DNA of 64,000 nucleotides from an uncultured bacterium (GTDB lineage Bacteria > Hinthialibacterota > Hinthialibacteria > Hinthialibacterales > Hinthialibacteraceae): assembly GCA_964517495.1 (NCBI GenBank), contig CAZFER010000019.1, positions 19,835 to 83,834 of the forward strand. The letters are read 5' to 3'. The translations under genes were made by a program, and so were the position numbers. The notes beneath the pieces were generated by a model, which worked only from the letters and a program-made list of their open reading frames with translations, was not told the DNA's origin and searched no databases. Within the stretch, counting starts at the first letter, position 1. The number at the start of each line of letters is the position of its first letter. Below, piece by piece: positions 21,747 to 30,989 of this stretch.

Positions 21747-23816
21747 ATGATTCGATTCTTTATGCTGACAACGTTATTACTATTATCCTCAAATGCATTC
21801 GTCCTCGCACAACCGGTTTATCTGGACCTTACCTCATTCCTTGATATCGATGCAATACTGGAACCCGGCGGAACAGGCTTGGGCGAACCTCTTCACGAGG
21901 ATGTCCAATGGATCGATGCAAACTCGCTTCCCGCCGGCTATCAGGATAATACCGTGTACGAAACTCCGGATGGACGAACCACATTTCAATTTGAACCCTT
22001 TTTTCAGGAATCCTATGACTCTTTTCTCCTCGATGGCCAACTAATCGATGTACCCGACGGGCAATATGACTCACTTGATTTAGCCTTATTATCAGAACCA
22101 GATAGTTTTATTAACCCATTTGACACGATAGAATTCCGCTATAGCGATGGCTCTAGCGGCTTCGCTCGCTTGGGACCCATCTCAGGCGTACTCTCTCCAC
22201 CCGCTGCGTTCGATAATACATTCTTCCGCTATACTGATGACAGCGGCGTCAATACCATTTTTTCGATTGACACCGATTTTGGTGAAGACGATACCTATTA
22301 TCTTTTGCAAGAACAAGGCAATGGCAATGCAGGCGGCAACCGTTTTATTGATGGCACCGGCTATGCCTTGTACCTATTTGATGAACTCCAAGGGGTCGAA
22401 GAAGGCACCCTTGGCGTAACCGTCGGGAATAATTTCGTCATTTCCATCGCCACCGAATATTGGGATCCAAATGCTTCCACCACAGAAGGCTATACCGTCC
22501 TCGCCAATTCAATGGAACTTTATGATGGATTCGAACATCGTTCCCTTGGCAATCTGAAGCAATACACCTTTGATGTCACACCATACCTGCAAGAAAACAC
22601 CGGCGAACTATGGGTACTATTCACAGATGCAACCCCTTCAAATGGCTGGGGGCCCTATTTGCAAAATATCACATTATTTACGGGGGAAACTCGCGTTTTC
22701 GAAAAAACCCTTGACGTATCAGTCGATTCATCCAACGCTGACGTATACGCCATGTTCCAAACCGATGGAAATGAAGAAGAAGCGAACTATCTGTATGATA
22801 ACAGTGCCTCAGGTCCATCCAATCGTGGACATCGTTTTGCTGATGGTAACGGCTCATTAACCTACCAATTCGATCTTCCCGATGATGTGCAAGAAGCAAA
22901 ATTAACCGTCGATATGGCCAATAATTTCGTTGTTTCGCTCTCCGGTCCTTCTGATGTGATCCGTTATGACAGCATGACTGTAGGTACCGCCGATGAAAAT
23001 GACTACCTCATCGATGAGGGAGGAAGCATCCCTGGTAGCGATTTCCGCTTTGCGGATGGAAACAATTACATGGTCTATCAGTTTGATCTCCCCAATGATA
23101 TATCAACCGCTTTAGCCAATATCCACGTCGGTAACCAGTTTGTAATCGAAGTCGCTTCCGGTGAAAATGGCGAGTTCCAGGTCAAAAAGGATTGGGTGGC
23201 CGAATCGGGTGAAGAAACCACCGACAATAGCAATCTTGATTTTTACCTCATCAACATTTCCTCTTATCTCAGCAACAATCCGGAAAACATTGTGCGTATA
23301 CGCCTCTCTGATGGAATCCCCACCAATGGATGGGGACCATACTTAAAGAGCATTGTTATTGTGAATAAAGAAGAATCAGGGGAAAACACGTTTGAAGAAG
23401 TGCTCAATTCCATGGATATGTTTGGCGAAGACATCCATAACGAATCCAACAAAGACTATTACACCATCGATCTATCATCCCAACTGGAAAATAACCCAGG
23501 CAACGAAGTCTTCGTCCAATTTACCGATGCCAGCACCGGCGATGGTTGGGGACCCGGCGTATTTTGGATGGCTGTCTATTCCGGCGAACTCGAAATCCTG
23601 ACTGATCGCAACGTATTCGAAAACCTTAAAACCGTGGAGGGACTACCAGAAAATGGTGGATTAACTCTACTGAATCGCCGCTATGCCCTTGATACAGAGA
23701 AAACCCTATCCGAAATCGCTCTCCCCTCACCTGAATCGGATAATAACGTCATTATATTCGCTGCAACCTTGAACAGCGCTGAAACATCCGTACCCAACTG
23801 GATGATTTATGAATAA
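21747..23816 (+). CDS. secreted internal-repeat protein of unknown function
   Basis: 689 aa with a GAGGAA ribosome-binding site and a signal peptide. It has three repeated modules containing FxDGxGxxYQFDLPxD...NxFVxxxxxG and xxDxxxxNGWGPY. Confidence 0.6.
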   Translation: MIRFFMLTTLLLLSSNAFVLAQPVYLDLTSFLDIDAILEPGGTGLGEPLHEDVQWIDANSLPAGYQDNTVYETPDGRTTFQFEPFFQESYDSFLLDGQLIDVPDGQYDSLDLALLSEPDSFINPFDTIEFRYSDGSSGFARLGPISGVLSPPAAFDNTFFRYTDDSGVNTIFSIDTDFGEDDTYYLLQEQGNGNAGGNRFIDGTGYALYLFDELQGVEEGTLGVTVGNNFVISIATEYWDPNASTTEGYTVLANSMELYDGFEHRSLGNLKQYTFDVTPYLQENTGELWVLFTDATPSNGWGPYLQNITLFTGETRVFEKTLDVSVDSSNADVYAMFQTDGNEEEANYLYDNSASGPSNRGHRFADGNGSLTYQFDLPDDVQEAKLTVDMANNFVVSLSGPSDVIRYDSMTVGTADENDYLIDEGGSIPGSDFRFADGNNYMVYQFDLPNDISTALANIHVGNQFVIEVASGENGEFQVKKDWVAESGEETTDNSNLDFYLINISSYLSNNPENIVRIRLSDGIPTNGWGPYLKSIVIVNKEESGENTFEEVLNSMDMFGEDIHNESNKDYYTIDLSSQLENNPGNEVFVQFTDASTGDGWGPGVFWMAVYSGELEILTDRNVFENLKTVEGLPENGGLTLLNRRYALDTEKTLSEIALPSPESDNNVIIFAATLNSAETSVPNWMIYE

Positions 23817-24363
23817 GAATAAAGCCTTTACGCTTATTGAATTGTTGATTGTCGTCGCCATTATTGGAATCCTGGCCGCCATTGCGGTGCCTAACTTTAT
23901 GAACGCCCAGATTCGAGCCAAAGTAACTCGCGTCGAGGCGGACTTCAAAACGTTAGCCACCGCTTTGGAGGCCTATCATATTACCAATGGCAACTACCCC
24001 GTGGCTCACTTGCTCGATCAGCAAATAGCCTCTGGGACCGCCTTGAGCCGGTTTTCTGCTCTAACCACACCGATCGCATTCATTTCATTTTACCCTTCCG
24101 ATCCTTTTGGAAAAAAGAAGGAGGGACCCAATTTCCATACCGAGACCTACGATTACTATGACTGGACCTCAGCCAAACTCGCCAATAACTACCCCGCTTC
24201 CACGCGGGGTGCCTATTGGCGAATCGCCAGCGCTGGCCCGGATAAAATCCAACGCGTCGGTTTCAGTGTCGATTACGATCCCAGCAACGGAATCCTCAGC
24301 CTGGGCGACATCGTCCGCCTCGGCCCTCAATGGAAACCATTCGACAAGAGCCGATTACAATGA
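23809..24363 (+). CDS. prepilin-type N-terminal cleavage/methylation domain protein (pseudopilin-like, DUF1559-type N-terminus)
   Basis: 184 aa. KAFTLIELLIVVAIIGILAAIAVPNF is a class III signal. It overlaps the upstream gene by 8 nt. Confidence 0.75.
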   Translation: MNKNKAFTLIELLIVVAIIGILAAIAVPNFMNAQIRAKVTRVEADFKTLATALEAYHITNGNYPVAHLLDQQIASGTALSRFSALTTPIAFISFYPSDPFGKKKEGPNFHTETYDYYDWTSAKLANNYPASTRGAYWRIASAGPDKIQRVGFSVDYDPSNGILSLGDIVRLGPQWKPFDKSRLQ

Positions 24364-24385
24364 ACCTTGTATTATATGGATGATA

Positions 24386-24892
24386 TCACCTTTTCCAATT
24401 CGTACGAAAATCTAAAAGATGTCCAAACTGAAAAGCATTGAATGATTGGATTCCAAACTGCGCACATACGTCCGGAATCCTGCGATTATGACGTTGGCTT
24501 CTGGGTTTGGAACTTTCGGTTGTGACAACCGACCGGCTTGTAGGATCAACTAAAGCGTAAGCAATTAAAAACGGATCACGACCAATTGCCTCTAGCTCTA
24601 TATCATTAAGGTCAGGGGCATATCCCTCATTTGTAACCTTTCGAACGAGATATATATCCACCTCTTCTTCGAAGCATAATGCGCTTTGTGTTGTGCTCTG
24701 TTTTGCCCATTCTGCTAGAGTATCTTTTCCCTTTTTCCCTTCCTTTATTTCTTCATAAATCTCAATAGGGATTTTAACCCTGCCCTGCTCTCCTTGATAA
24801 ATGAGCCATGTCCAATACTCGTCAACACGTCCAATTGGATAGTAGTCCCGGTTGGCATCGATTAGAACGTTTGCATCTCGAAGATAAAGCAA
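24386..24892 (-). CDS. DUF4411 family PIN-like nuclease
   Basis: 168 aa with a TTG start 10 nt after the upstream stop. LYLRDANVLIDANRDYYP N-terminus with conserved acidic residues, typical of DUF4411. Confidence 0.6.
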   Translation of the reverse strand: MLYLRDANVLIDANRDYYPIGRVDEYWTWLIYQGEQGRVKIPIEIYEEIKEGKKGKDTLAEWAKQSTTQSALCFEEEVDIYLVRKVTNEGYAPDLNDIELEAIGRDPFLIAYALVDPTSRSVVTTESSKPRSQRHNRRIPDVCAQFGIQSFNAFQFGHLLDFRTNWKR

Positions 24893-24902
24893 TAATAATC
24901 TC

Positions 24903-26111
24903 CTATATTACATGTACAGGTCGAGCAGCTTCAATGACTCCCTGAACATTTTTGGCCTTTACTCCTAGAACAATTCCAGCCTTTGTTGTGCTCAAAGCAC
25001 CACTATACATCATTCGGTCAACGAGATGAACAAGGGCTTCACCAACTTTACGTTTCTGAAGATTATAATAACTCGGTCCCACGTTTTTTTCTTGTTCACG
25101 ACGCTTGGCGCGCTCACAAGCTTTACTATCAAGAAAGTCCTGTCGGAAAGTTTTTCGTAATTTTTCATAATGGTCATAGTCAAAACGCCCTATACGATAA
25201 AGTTTATACGCTACCATGGTGCTGCTCACATTGTGTGTTCTCCCCAAAACACTGATTTGTTCTTTAGCATCTGCAATATCTGTTTGCTTATCTAATTCAA
25301 TATCCTTTAATACCACCTCCGGAAGCAGGAACTCGCTTGCCACGTCATTACAAAATTTTTCAATGCTTTTTACAGCAAATTCACCGCTGACGCCTGAAGC
25401 GCCAAGCCACAAATGAGCCAGTTCATGAATCAAAGTGAAGCACAATGCACCTTTGGAGTCGTTCGCATTGATGGCGATGAAGGGCGCAATATCGTCAGCG
25501 AGAGCAAATCCTCGAAATGCATCAACATTAATTGTCGTGTAATAGTTCCCAAGATTATCAACCAGTATTACGAAAATACCAGCCTTTTCTGCTTGTCCCC
25601 GAAGATAAGAAAAAGCGCCCTCAATTCCTGCTTTGTGGCGGTATTCTTCAAGATCGAAAGACATATGTTTACGAATTGAATGTACGACAGTTTTTACACC
25701 CTCTTTCATTTCACTAGAACCGATAAAAGTCAAAGGCTTGGCTTCATCTTCTTCAATCAACATAGCGCGCACGAGAGACTGACGCGCATAAATTTTTCTA
25801 ATGACAATATCTACAAGAACATTATCGGAATGATCGATGGTTTCCGGGAGTTTACGGTAATCCCTGCCTCTGTCTCCTATTCGTGGCCGATCACTGAGAT
25901 AGAAGGTTAGAAGGGGACGTCGATAGTGTTTCGCCATCTTGACCAACATAGATCGTGTCGGAATTTTTTTTCCTTCTTCTAAATCTTTAAGCCGCTCAAT
26001 TGGAGATACACCGCCCACCTCGTTAATATTTAGTCTTTTTACGGCCTCTTCAGGTGTAATACCTGCTGTTTCACGTGCCCATCGTAGTATGTTTGGATTC
26101 ACCTTTGGCAT
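24903..26111 (-). CDS. XRE-family HTH regulator fused to an ImmA/IrrE family metallo-endopeptidase
   Basis: 402 aa. N-terminal HTH region (ILRWARETAGITPEEAVKRLNI). HEXXH zinc-peptidase motif (FTLIHELAHLWLG) in the C-terminal domain. Confidence 0.8.
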   Translation of the reverse strand: MPKVNPNILRWARETAGITPEEAVKRLNINEVGGVSPIERLKDLEEGKKIPTRSMLVKMAKHYRRPLLTFYLSDRPRIGDRGRDYRKLPETIDHSDNVLVDIVIRKIYARQSLVRAMLIEEDEAKPLTFIGSSEMKEGVKTVVHSIRKHMSFDLEEYRHKAGIEGAFSYLRGQAEKAGIFVILVDNLGNYYTTINVDAFRGFALADDIAPFIAINANDSKGALCFTLIHELAHLWLGASGVSGEFAVKSIEKFCNDVASEFLLPEVVLKDIELDKQTDIADAKEQISVLGRTHNVSSTMVAYKLYRIGRFDYDHYEKLRKTFRQDFLDSKACERAKRREQEKNVGPSYYNLQKRKVGEALVHLVDRMMYSGALSTTKAGIVLGVKAKNVQGVIEAARPVHVI

Positions 26112-26422
26112 GGCTCATTCTCGCTCAACTTCTGAGGATTTAGCAATAGTTTGCAGATATCGCCTTATAGCGACTAAATCAACTTTCACCTCATATTAAT
26201 ATATAATCACATTTTCCTTTTTTATAGAGCGAATTATCATTCATTTTGGCAAAGTTACCCCAGTACCCGACATCCGTTTATACACTAACGGCAAAACAAA
26301 CATTCCCATAATGATTGCCACCTGATATCCAGTGCACTGATATCTTTTCTCTATTCCCATTTTGGATATAGAGAAAAACGATTCACCATTCTATTGTCTT
26401 GAATTCAAACAGGAGGAACATC

Positions 26423-26896
26423 ATGAACAAAAATAACGCATTAATTCTTATCATCGGGGCCATGCTGGTTCTGGTCATTTCCCTGCCACTCGAATGGATG
26501 TCCATCCAAAACGCCAGTGCCAATTTTAGTGGCCCTTTCCAGGAATTGGGGAATAGGATGACTCAAACGTTAGGAAAAGTATCCATGTCCGTTACCGGCT
26601 TGAACGGCCATGTCACCTTTCTTTTCAAAATGCCCATATGGCTGATTGTCGTGATTGGGCTGATAGGCGCATTATTATCCATGCTAAACACTCTAAAAGT
26701 AACCTCCATGCCTCAGCCAGTACCTCTCATTCTTTTAGGTTTTTCCATATTGTATATGATTATCGCCCTCTTGATCGCCATTGGCAGTGGTAATGCATCG
26801 GTTGGAATTGGCGTGTTCGTTGGCCTCTTGGGGAACGGCCTGGCCATTATACATGTCCTCGCAGGTCAGTCCCCTGAACAGGAAAATATACTGTAA
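26423..26896 (+). CDS. hypothetical polytopic membrane protein
   Basis: An AGGAGG ribosome-binding site lies 7 nt before the internal ATG (MNKNNALIL...). The ORF track starts 8 codons earlier at a TTG. Three or four hydrophobic helices. Confidence 0.5.
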   Translation: MNKNNALILIIGAMLVLVISLPLEWMSIQNASANFSGPFQELGNRMTQTLGKVSMSVTGLNGHVTFLFKMPIWLIVVIGLIGALLSMLNTLKVTSMPQPVPLILLGFSILYMIIALLIAIGSGNASVGIGVFVGLLGNGLAIIHVLAGQSPEQENIL

Positions 26897-26957
26897 TACC
26901 TATCATTTTTATCATCTTAATATTTTTTTCCCATCATACTGGCAAAAGGAGGAAAAA

Positions 26958-27164
26958 ATGCAAGAAAAGTGGACCTGTCCCAAATGCAAAAACACCGAAT
27001 TTGATGTCGGCCAGTTTCAGGCAACCGGTGGAGGATTTGCAAAATTATTTGATATTCAAAACAAAAAATTCTCTACCGTCACCTGTACGCGATGTTTATA
27101 TACGGAAATTTACCGAACCGATACCAGCAACTTGAGTAACGTCTTCGATTTCTTCACTCAATAG
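26958..27164 (+). CDS. zinc-ribbon domain protein
   Basis: 68 aa after an AGGAGG ribosome-binding site. Two CxxC pairs (CPKC...CTRC). The ORF track's longer 127 aa version is an upstream extension. Confidence 0.55.
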   Translation: MQEKWTCPKCKNTEFDVGQFQATGGGFAKLFDIQNKKFSTVTCTRCLYTEIYRTDTSNLSNVFDFFTQ

Positions 27165-27184
27165 CTGCTTCCACTCCACAAACC

Positions 27185-27222
27185 TCACAAGCGGCGGGAC
27201 TCCCGCCGCTTGTGGATTTATG
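27185..27222. terminator. bidirectional rho-independent terminator
   Basis: cacaagcggcggga-ctc-cccgccgcttgtg perfect stem followed by a T-rich run. Lies between convergent genes ending at 27164 (+) and 27254 (-). Confidence 0.65.
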
Positions 27223-27253
27223 AAACACGTCTTTCCAGCATAAATGAGCCGGT

Positions 27254-28930
27254 TTAATAACCATGTACCTTTTTCGCCAGAAATTCCTTTATATCATCAG
27301 GCGTATCACATCCCGTGGCGATTGAAACCACGATATTCGCGATGATTGCCAGCGGTGCACCTAACCAGGCGAAATACCAGGCATCCAAATAATAGGTTAT
27401 TGTTTCATGCGCCGGTAATGTCACTCCATATTTACCACACACAAAATAAACCAAAGCAATAAGGGAAACCGCACTGCCCGTAATCAAACCAGCCCAGGCT
27501 CCCGCCCGGTTTGATCCACTCCACCAAATCCCAAGTAAAAACAAGGGGAAGATCGTACAACCCGCCAACGAAAAAGCCACCGCCACCAACTGAGCAATCA
27601 ATCCAAGTTTCAACAAGGCAACAACTGTCACCGCAATCGCCATCAACACCGTTCCCACACGGGCCATGATCATCTGAGTATGCTCAGATGCCTGAGGATT
27701 GATAACCCTGAAATAAAGGTCATGGGAAAACGCGGATGCTCCCGCCACCAAAAGCCCGGAAACTGTCGAAAAGGCCGCTGACACGGCCCCGGCAGCCAAA
27801 AAGCCCACAATCAACGAGAACACATTCCCTAACTGGGCGGTATAGACAACAATCGCGTCTTTATTCAATTTCCCAATTTCCGGATGGGCAGAAAGGATTT
27901 TTCCAAATGCGGAATAAACCGGAGCGCTCCAGTAAAGCAGGCAAATAAAGAACAAACCCCATACCACCGACCAACGCGCATCCTTCGCGCGTGGAACAAC
28001 ATAAAACCGTTGGATAACATGCGGCAATCCCGCCGTACCAATCATTAATGAAAAACATATCGCCATCCATTGAAATGCAGTCATGCCTGTCGCTGGATCC
28101 CACGGCATCGCAAATTCAGGTGAAGGTAAAATGCCAAAATCATTTCCAATCGAATTCACACCCTTCCCAGGCTCCAAACCACTTACGATATCCGATACCA
28201 CAGAGCCATATCCAACTTGAGGAAGTAAAAAGAAATAACCATACATATAGCAAAGAATAAACAAGGGTATCATAAACGAAATAATGATGATGACATATTG
28301 AATCTGCATATTTTTGGTGACACCCAGCATCCCCGATATCAGGGTATAAGCAAGCACCACCGAACTCCCAATAATGACCGCATAGGCATAATCGATCCCC
28401 ATAATCCACTTGAACATCAAGCCGATTCCCGCGAATTGGCCTACGCAATAGGTGAAGGAAATAAAGATCGCCAAGCAGGCTCCAAACGCACGAAGCCCTC
28501 GCGAATAATACCTGTCACCAATAAAATCGGATGCCGTGTACTTTCCAAAACGGCGAATCTGCCCCGCCATCAAAATCAACAATAAAACATACCCACCGGT
28601 CCAACCCACCACATAAGACAGGCCGTGATAACCGGAACCATACATGATGGCAGCCATACCCAAAAAGGAAGCCGCACTCATCCAGTTCGACGCAATCGCC
28701 ATTCCGGCGCCCACAGGTGAAATCTTTCGTCCCGCCGCCCAATAGGACGATGTATCTTTCGCCCGGTGAAAAAGCCCCACCATAATAAATGTCACCAGCA
28801 AAGCAATCATAATGAGCGCTGGACCAACTTTGAACGTGCCCTCCAACTGGGTGGCGCTTTGTGCAAATGCCGAATGACCGGCAAGTAAAACGAATAATGT
28901 TATTAAAAACGATCGGTTCAATCGAAACAT
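27254..28930 (-). CDS. sodium:solute symporter (SSS) family transporter, ActP-like cation/acetate symporter
   Basis: 558 aa with about 13 TM segments. SSS signature region (GRKISPVGAGMAIASNWMSAASFLG). Confidence 0.85.
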   Translation of the reverse strand: MFRLNRSFLITLFVLLAGHSAFAQSATQLEGTFKVGPALIMIALLVTFIMVGLFHRAKDTSSYWAAGRKISPVGAGMAIASNWMSAASFLGMAAIMYGSGYHGLSYVVGWTGGYVLLLILMAGQIRRFGKYTASDFIGDRYYSRGLRAFGACLAIFISFTYCVGQFAGIGLMFKWIMGIDYAYAVIIGSSVVLAYTLISGMLGVTKNMQIQYVIIIISFMIPLFILCYMYGYFFLLPQVGYGSVVSDIVSGLEPGKGVNSIGNDFGILPSPEFAMPWDPATGMTAFQWMAICFSLMIGTAGLPHVIQRFYVVPRAKDARWSVVWGLFFICLLYWSAPVYSAFGKILSAHPEIGKLNKDAIVVYTAQLGNVFSLIVGFLAAGAVSAAFSTVSGLLVAGASAFSHDLYFRVINPQASEHTQMIMARVGTVLMAIAVTVVALLKLGLIAQLVAVAFSLAGCTIFPLFLLGIWWSGSNRAGAWAGLITGSAVSLIALVYFVCGKYGVTLPAHETITYYLDAWYFAWLGAPLAIIANIVVSIATGCDTPDDIKEFLAKKVHGY

Positions 28931-28959
28931 GTCAAATCTCCTATGTGTCTAAGATGTGT

Positions 28960-29691
28960 TTATTCATCCGGGAAGTTATATTGTTTGTTGGAACGGTCCG
29001 TCTGGAACGCATATATCCAACACAAACCGACAAACAAAATCAACAAAAACTGCGCCGTATACCAGTAATGGAAAGGAAATCCTAAAAATCGCATATCGGT
29101 CAGGAAACTTTGGTTATGAACCAAATACAATTCCATAATGACTGGCAACTCATCACTGTATTCTTCTGATGGATTCGAAATCATTGAATACGATAACAAA
29201 TCTCCACGCAGTTTATCAAAACCACTCACTTGAAGGCCAATCACATCCTTGGCGAGTGTAACAGCGGCCTGCGTATCTTCTCCCGTGATTGTTGACTGTT
29301 GTTCGCTTGAAACCAATCCTAATATGGTTTGCGTTAATGAGTCTTTCAATACTGTCTTTTGATCATCCGTTAAAACAATATTCTTGCCTAACACGTTTAA
29401 ACATACTCTGGCGAATTCCTGTTTCTCCTGCACACTTGCACTTCCATCTTTTACCTTCGGCCATACCGACTCAAACGTCGTATAACCCTCCTCGGGTGTT
29501 GGTTGATTAAACACCATAAGCAACACCTGAAATCCAAATACGGCCAGAACCCAAACCAAAACCATCGATATGATCATTTTCATATTGGCCCGCGAATGGG
29601 CTGTCTTTGGTTTAAAAAAGTTCACATTGTAGTCTGATGATTCCGAGTTGGTTGATGGTCGATCCACCACGCCTAAAGGTTGTTCAGACAT
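28960..29691 (-). CDS. DUF4212-type sodium:solute symporter small subunit with an inserted soluble domain
   Basis: 243 aa. N-terminal NFFKPKT...TM helix and C-terminal GFPFHYWYTAQFLLILFVGLCWIYA match DUF4212. These two parts are separated by a ~120 aa non-membrane insert. Confidence 0.55.
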   Translation of the reverse strand: MSEQPLGVVDRPSTNSESSDYNVNFFKPKTAHSRANMKMIISMVLVWVLAVFGFQVLLMVFNQPTPEEGYTTFESVWPKVKDGSASVQEKQEFARVCLNVLGKNIVLTDDQKTVLKDSLTQTILGLVSSEQQSTITGEDTQAAVTLAKDVIGLQVSGFDKLRGDLLSYSMISNPSEEYSDELPVIMELYLVHNQSFLTDMRFLGFPFHYWYTAQFLLILFVGLCWIYAFQTDRSNKQYNFPDE

Positions 29692-29980
29692 ACCATTTCC
29701 TCCACTGAGATATAGATTTATATACGCTTAATCCCTACCTTCTCACACGATAGAGAATTGACGCCAACCACAAAATATAATTTGGTTTTGAAAAGAGAGT
29801 TTATTTTTAATGCTTGCTGGTACTAAAAGAGATTCTCTCTCTCCCTCACAAATAAACTCATAACAATACATCTTTCGCTTCAGTCGAATTTAATTTTTAT
29901 AATCCCCGCCATCATGAAAATAAGACTTAAATTGCCTGATATTACCACAGGTGATCTTCGAATTTAATCCATCCGATGCA

Positions 29981-30020
29981 AAAAAATAAAAAAAGCCGAT
30001 TTACGGGTAAATCGGCTTTT
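29981..30020 (-). terminator. rho-independent terminator of the nucleoside hydrolase gene
   Basis: On the minus strand: aaaagccgattta-cccg-taaatcggctttt followed by T7 and T6 runs. Confidence 0.6.
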
Positions 30021-30053
30021 AATCTATATTTATGAAGTGGTTAAGTAATTAAT

Positions 30054-30971
30054 TCATTCTTTTATTGAAGCTCGAATCACATCCCAATAATCCTTCTGCA
30101 TTTTCTCTGGATCGATCTTTGTATAAACCCAAATTTTATGCCCCTGATTGTTACCCTCTGGAGGTTTCACCTGTTTTTCTGTCGCAAAATCTGGATACAA
30201 AACGGCTTCCACGGCGGCAATATCCCACATAATCCATGAATCGGTGCTGGAGCCCGGTTTCCAGGGCGGATCAAAGTTCAACCAATAATCAAGTATAAAC
30301 TCATACACACCGCCTTTGCCTTTCAATTCCTTCACCGCTTTCTGCTTCTTATAAACCAGCACACGAGAAGCCGTTGCCGTCATCACATGCCATTCCAGCC
30401 CTTCCGCATCAAATAAGCAATTAATGGCATTCAAATCATTTTGGGCGTTAAATTCATTCATCCCCCATTTGCCATCCTCATATTTTAGCCCCATCGTATA
30501 ACACCGTATTTTTTGCCTTATACTTGGATCAATCAAAATAGCCGATGCCACATTTGTAACTCCCCCCGTGGTTATAACCGTCAGTTTTTCCCCATTTTGG
30601 GTCTCATGCGCCTTTTTAATGATCAAGCGTGCAGCAGAAGAATCTTGCGGCGATGTAGGACTCTCCATGGCTTCATTCGCCCCCATCGGGTGAGGAATAT
30701 CCGTACGATCCATAAGTTCCAGGATTTTCTCGTTCAATGCCTGACTTTTTCCAACCGTGTTCTTGGGAGCATTCGGTTGAGTGTGCCATTGCGAGGATGT
30801 TAATCCCACCACCTCAAACTTCGGTTCCACCAATACTCGAACAATCGCATATAAATCATCAATCTCATTTGCCGTATCACAATCGAGCAAAACCCTTATT
30901 TTCCCTGATTCCGTGTTTCCCACTGAGCACAACAATAACATACCAATAAATAGTACTCCTGTGTTTTTCAT
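30054..30971 (-). CDS. inosine-uridine preferring nucleoside hydrolase family protein, secreted
   Basis: 305 aa with a signal peptide. DCDTANEIDDLYAI aspartate cluster typical of IU-nucleoside hydrolases. Confidence 0.75.
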   Translation of the reverse strand: MKNTGVLFIGMLLLCSVGNTESGKIRVLLDCDTANEIDDLYAIVRVLVEPKFEVVGLTSSQWHTQPNAPKNTVGKSQALNEKILELMDRTDIPHPMGANEAMESPTSPQDSSAARLIIKKAHETQNGEKLTVITTGGVTNVASAILIDPSIRQKIRCYTMGLKYEDGKWGMNEFNAQNDLNAINCLFDAEGLEWHVMTATASRVLVYKKQKAVKELKGKGGVYEFILDYWLNFDPPWKPGSSTDSWIMWDIAAVEAVLYPDFATEKQVKPPEGNNQGHKIWVYTKIDPEKMQKDYWDVIRASIKE

Positions 30972-30989
30972 GATGTTTTCCTTTCCTGG

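Noticed and set aside
23727-23960. Two minus-strand ORFs (23727..23960 and 37709..37897) sharing ARIWAxIKLGTAMAARIPIMATT
   Set aside because: They are simply the reverse-strand reading of the near-identical pseudopilin N-terminal coding segments (LIELLIVVAIIGILAAIAVPNF). They are not independent genes.
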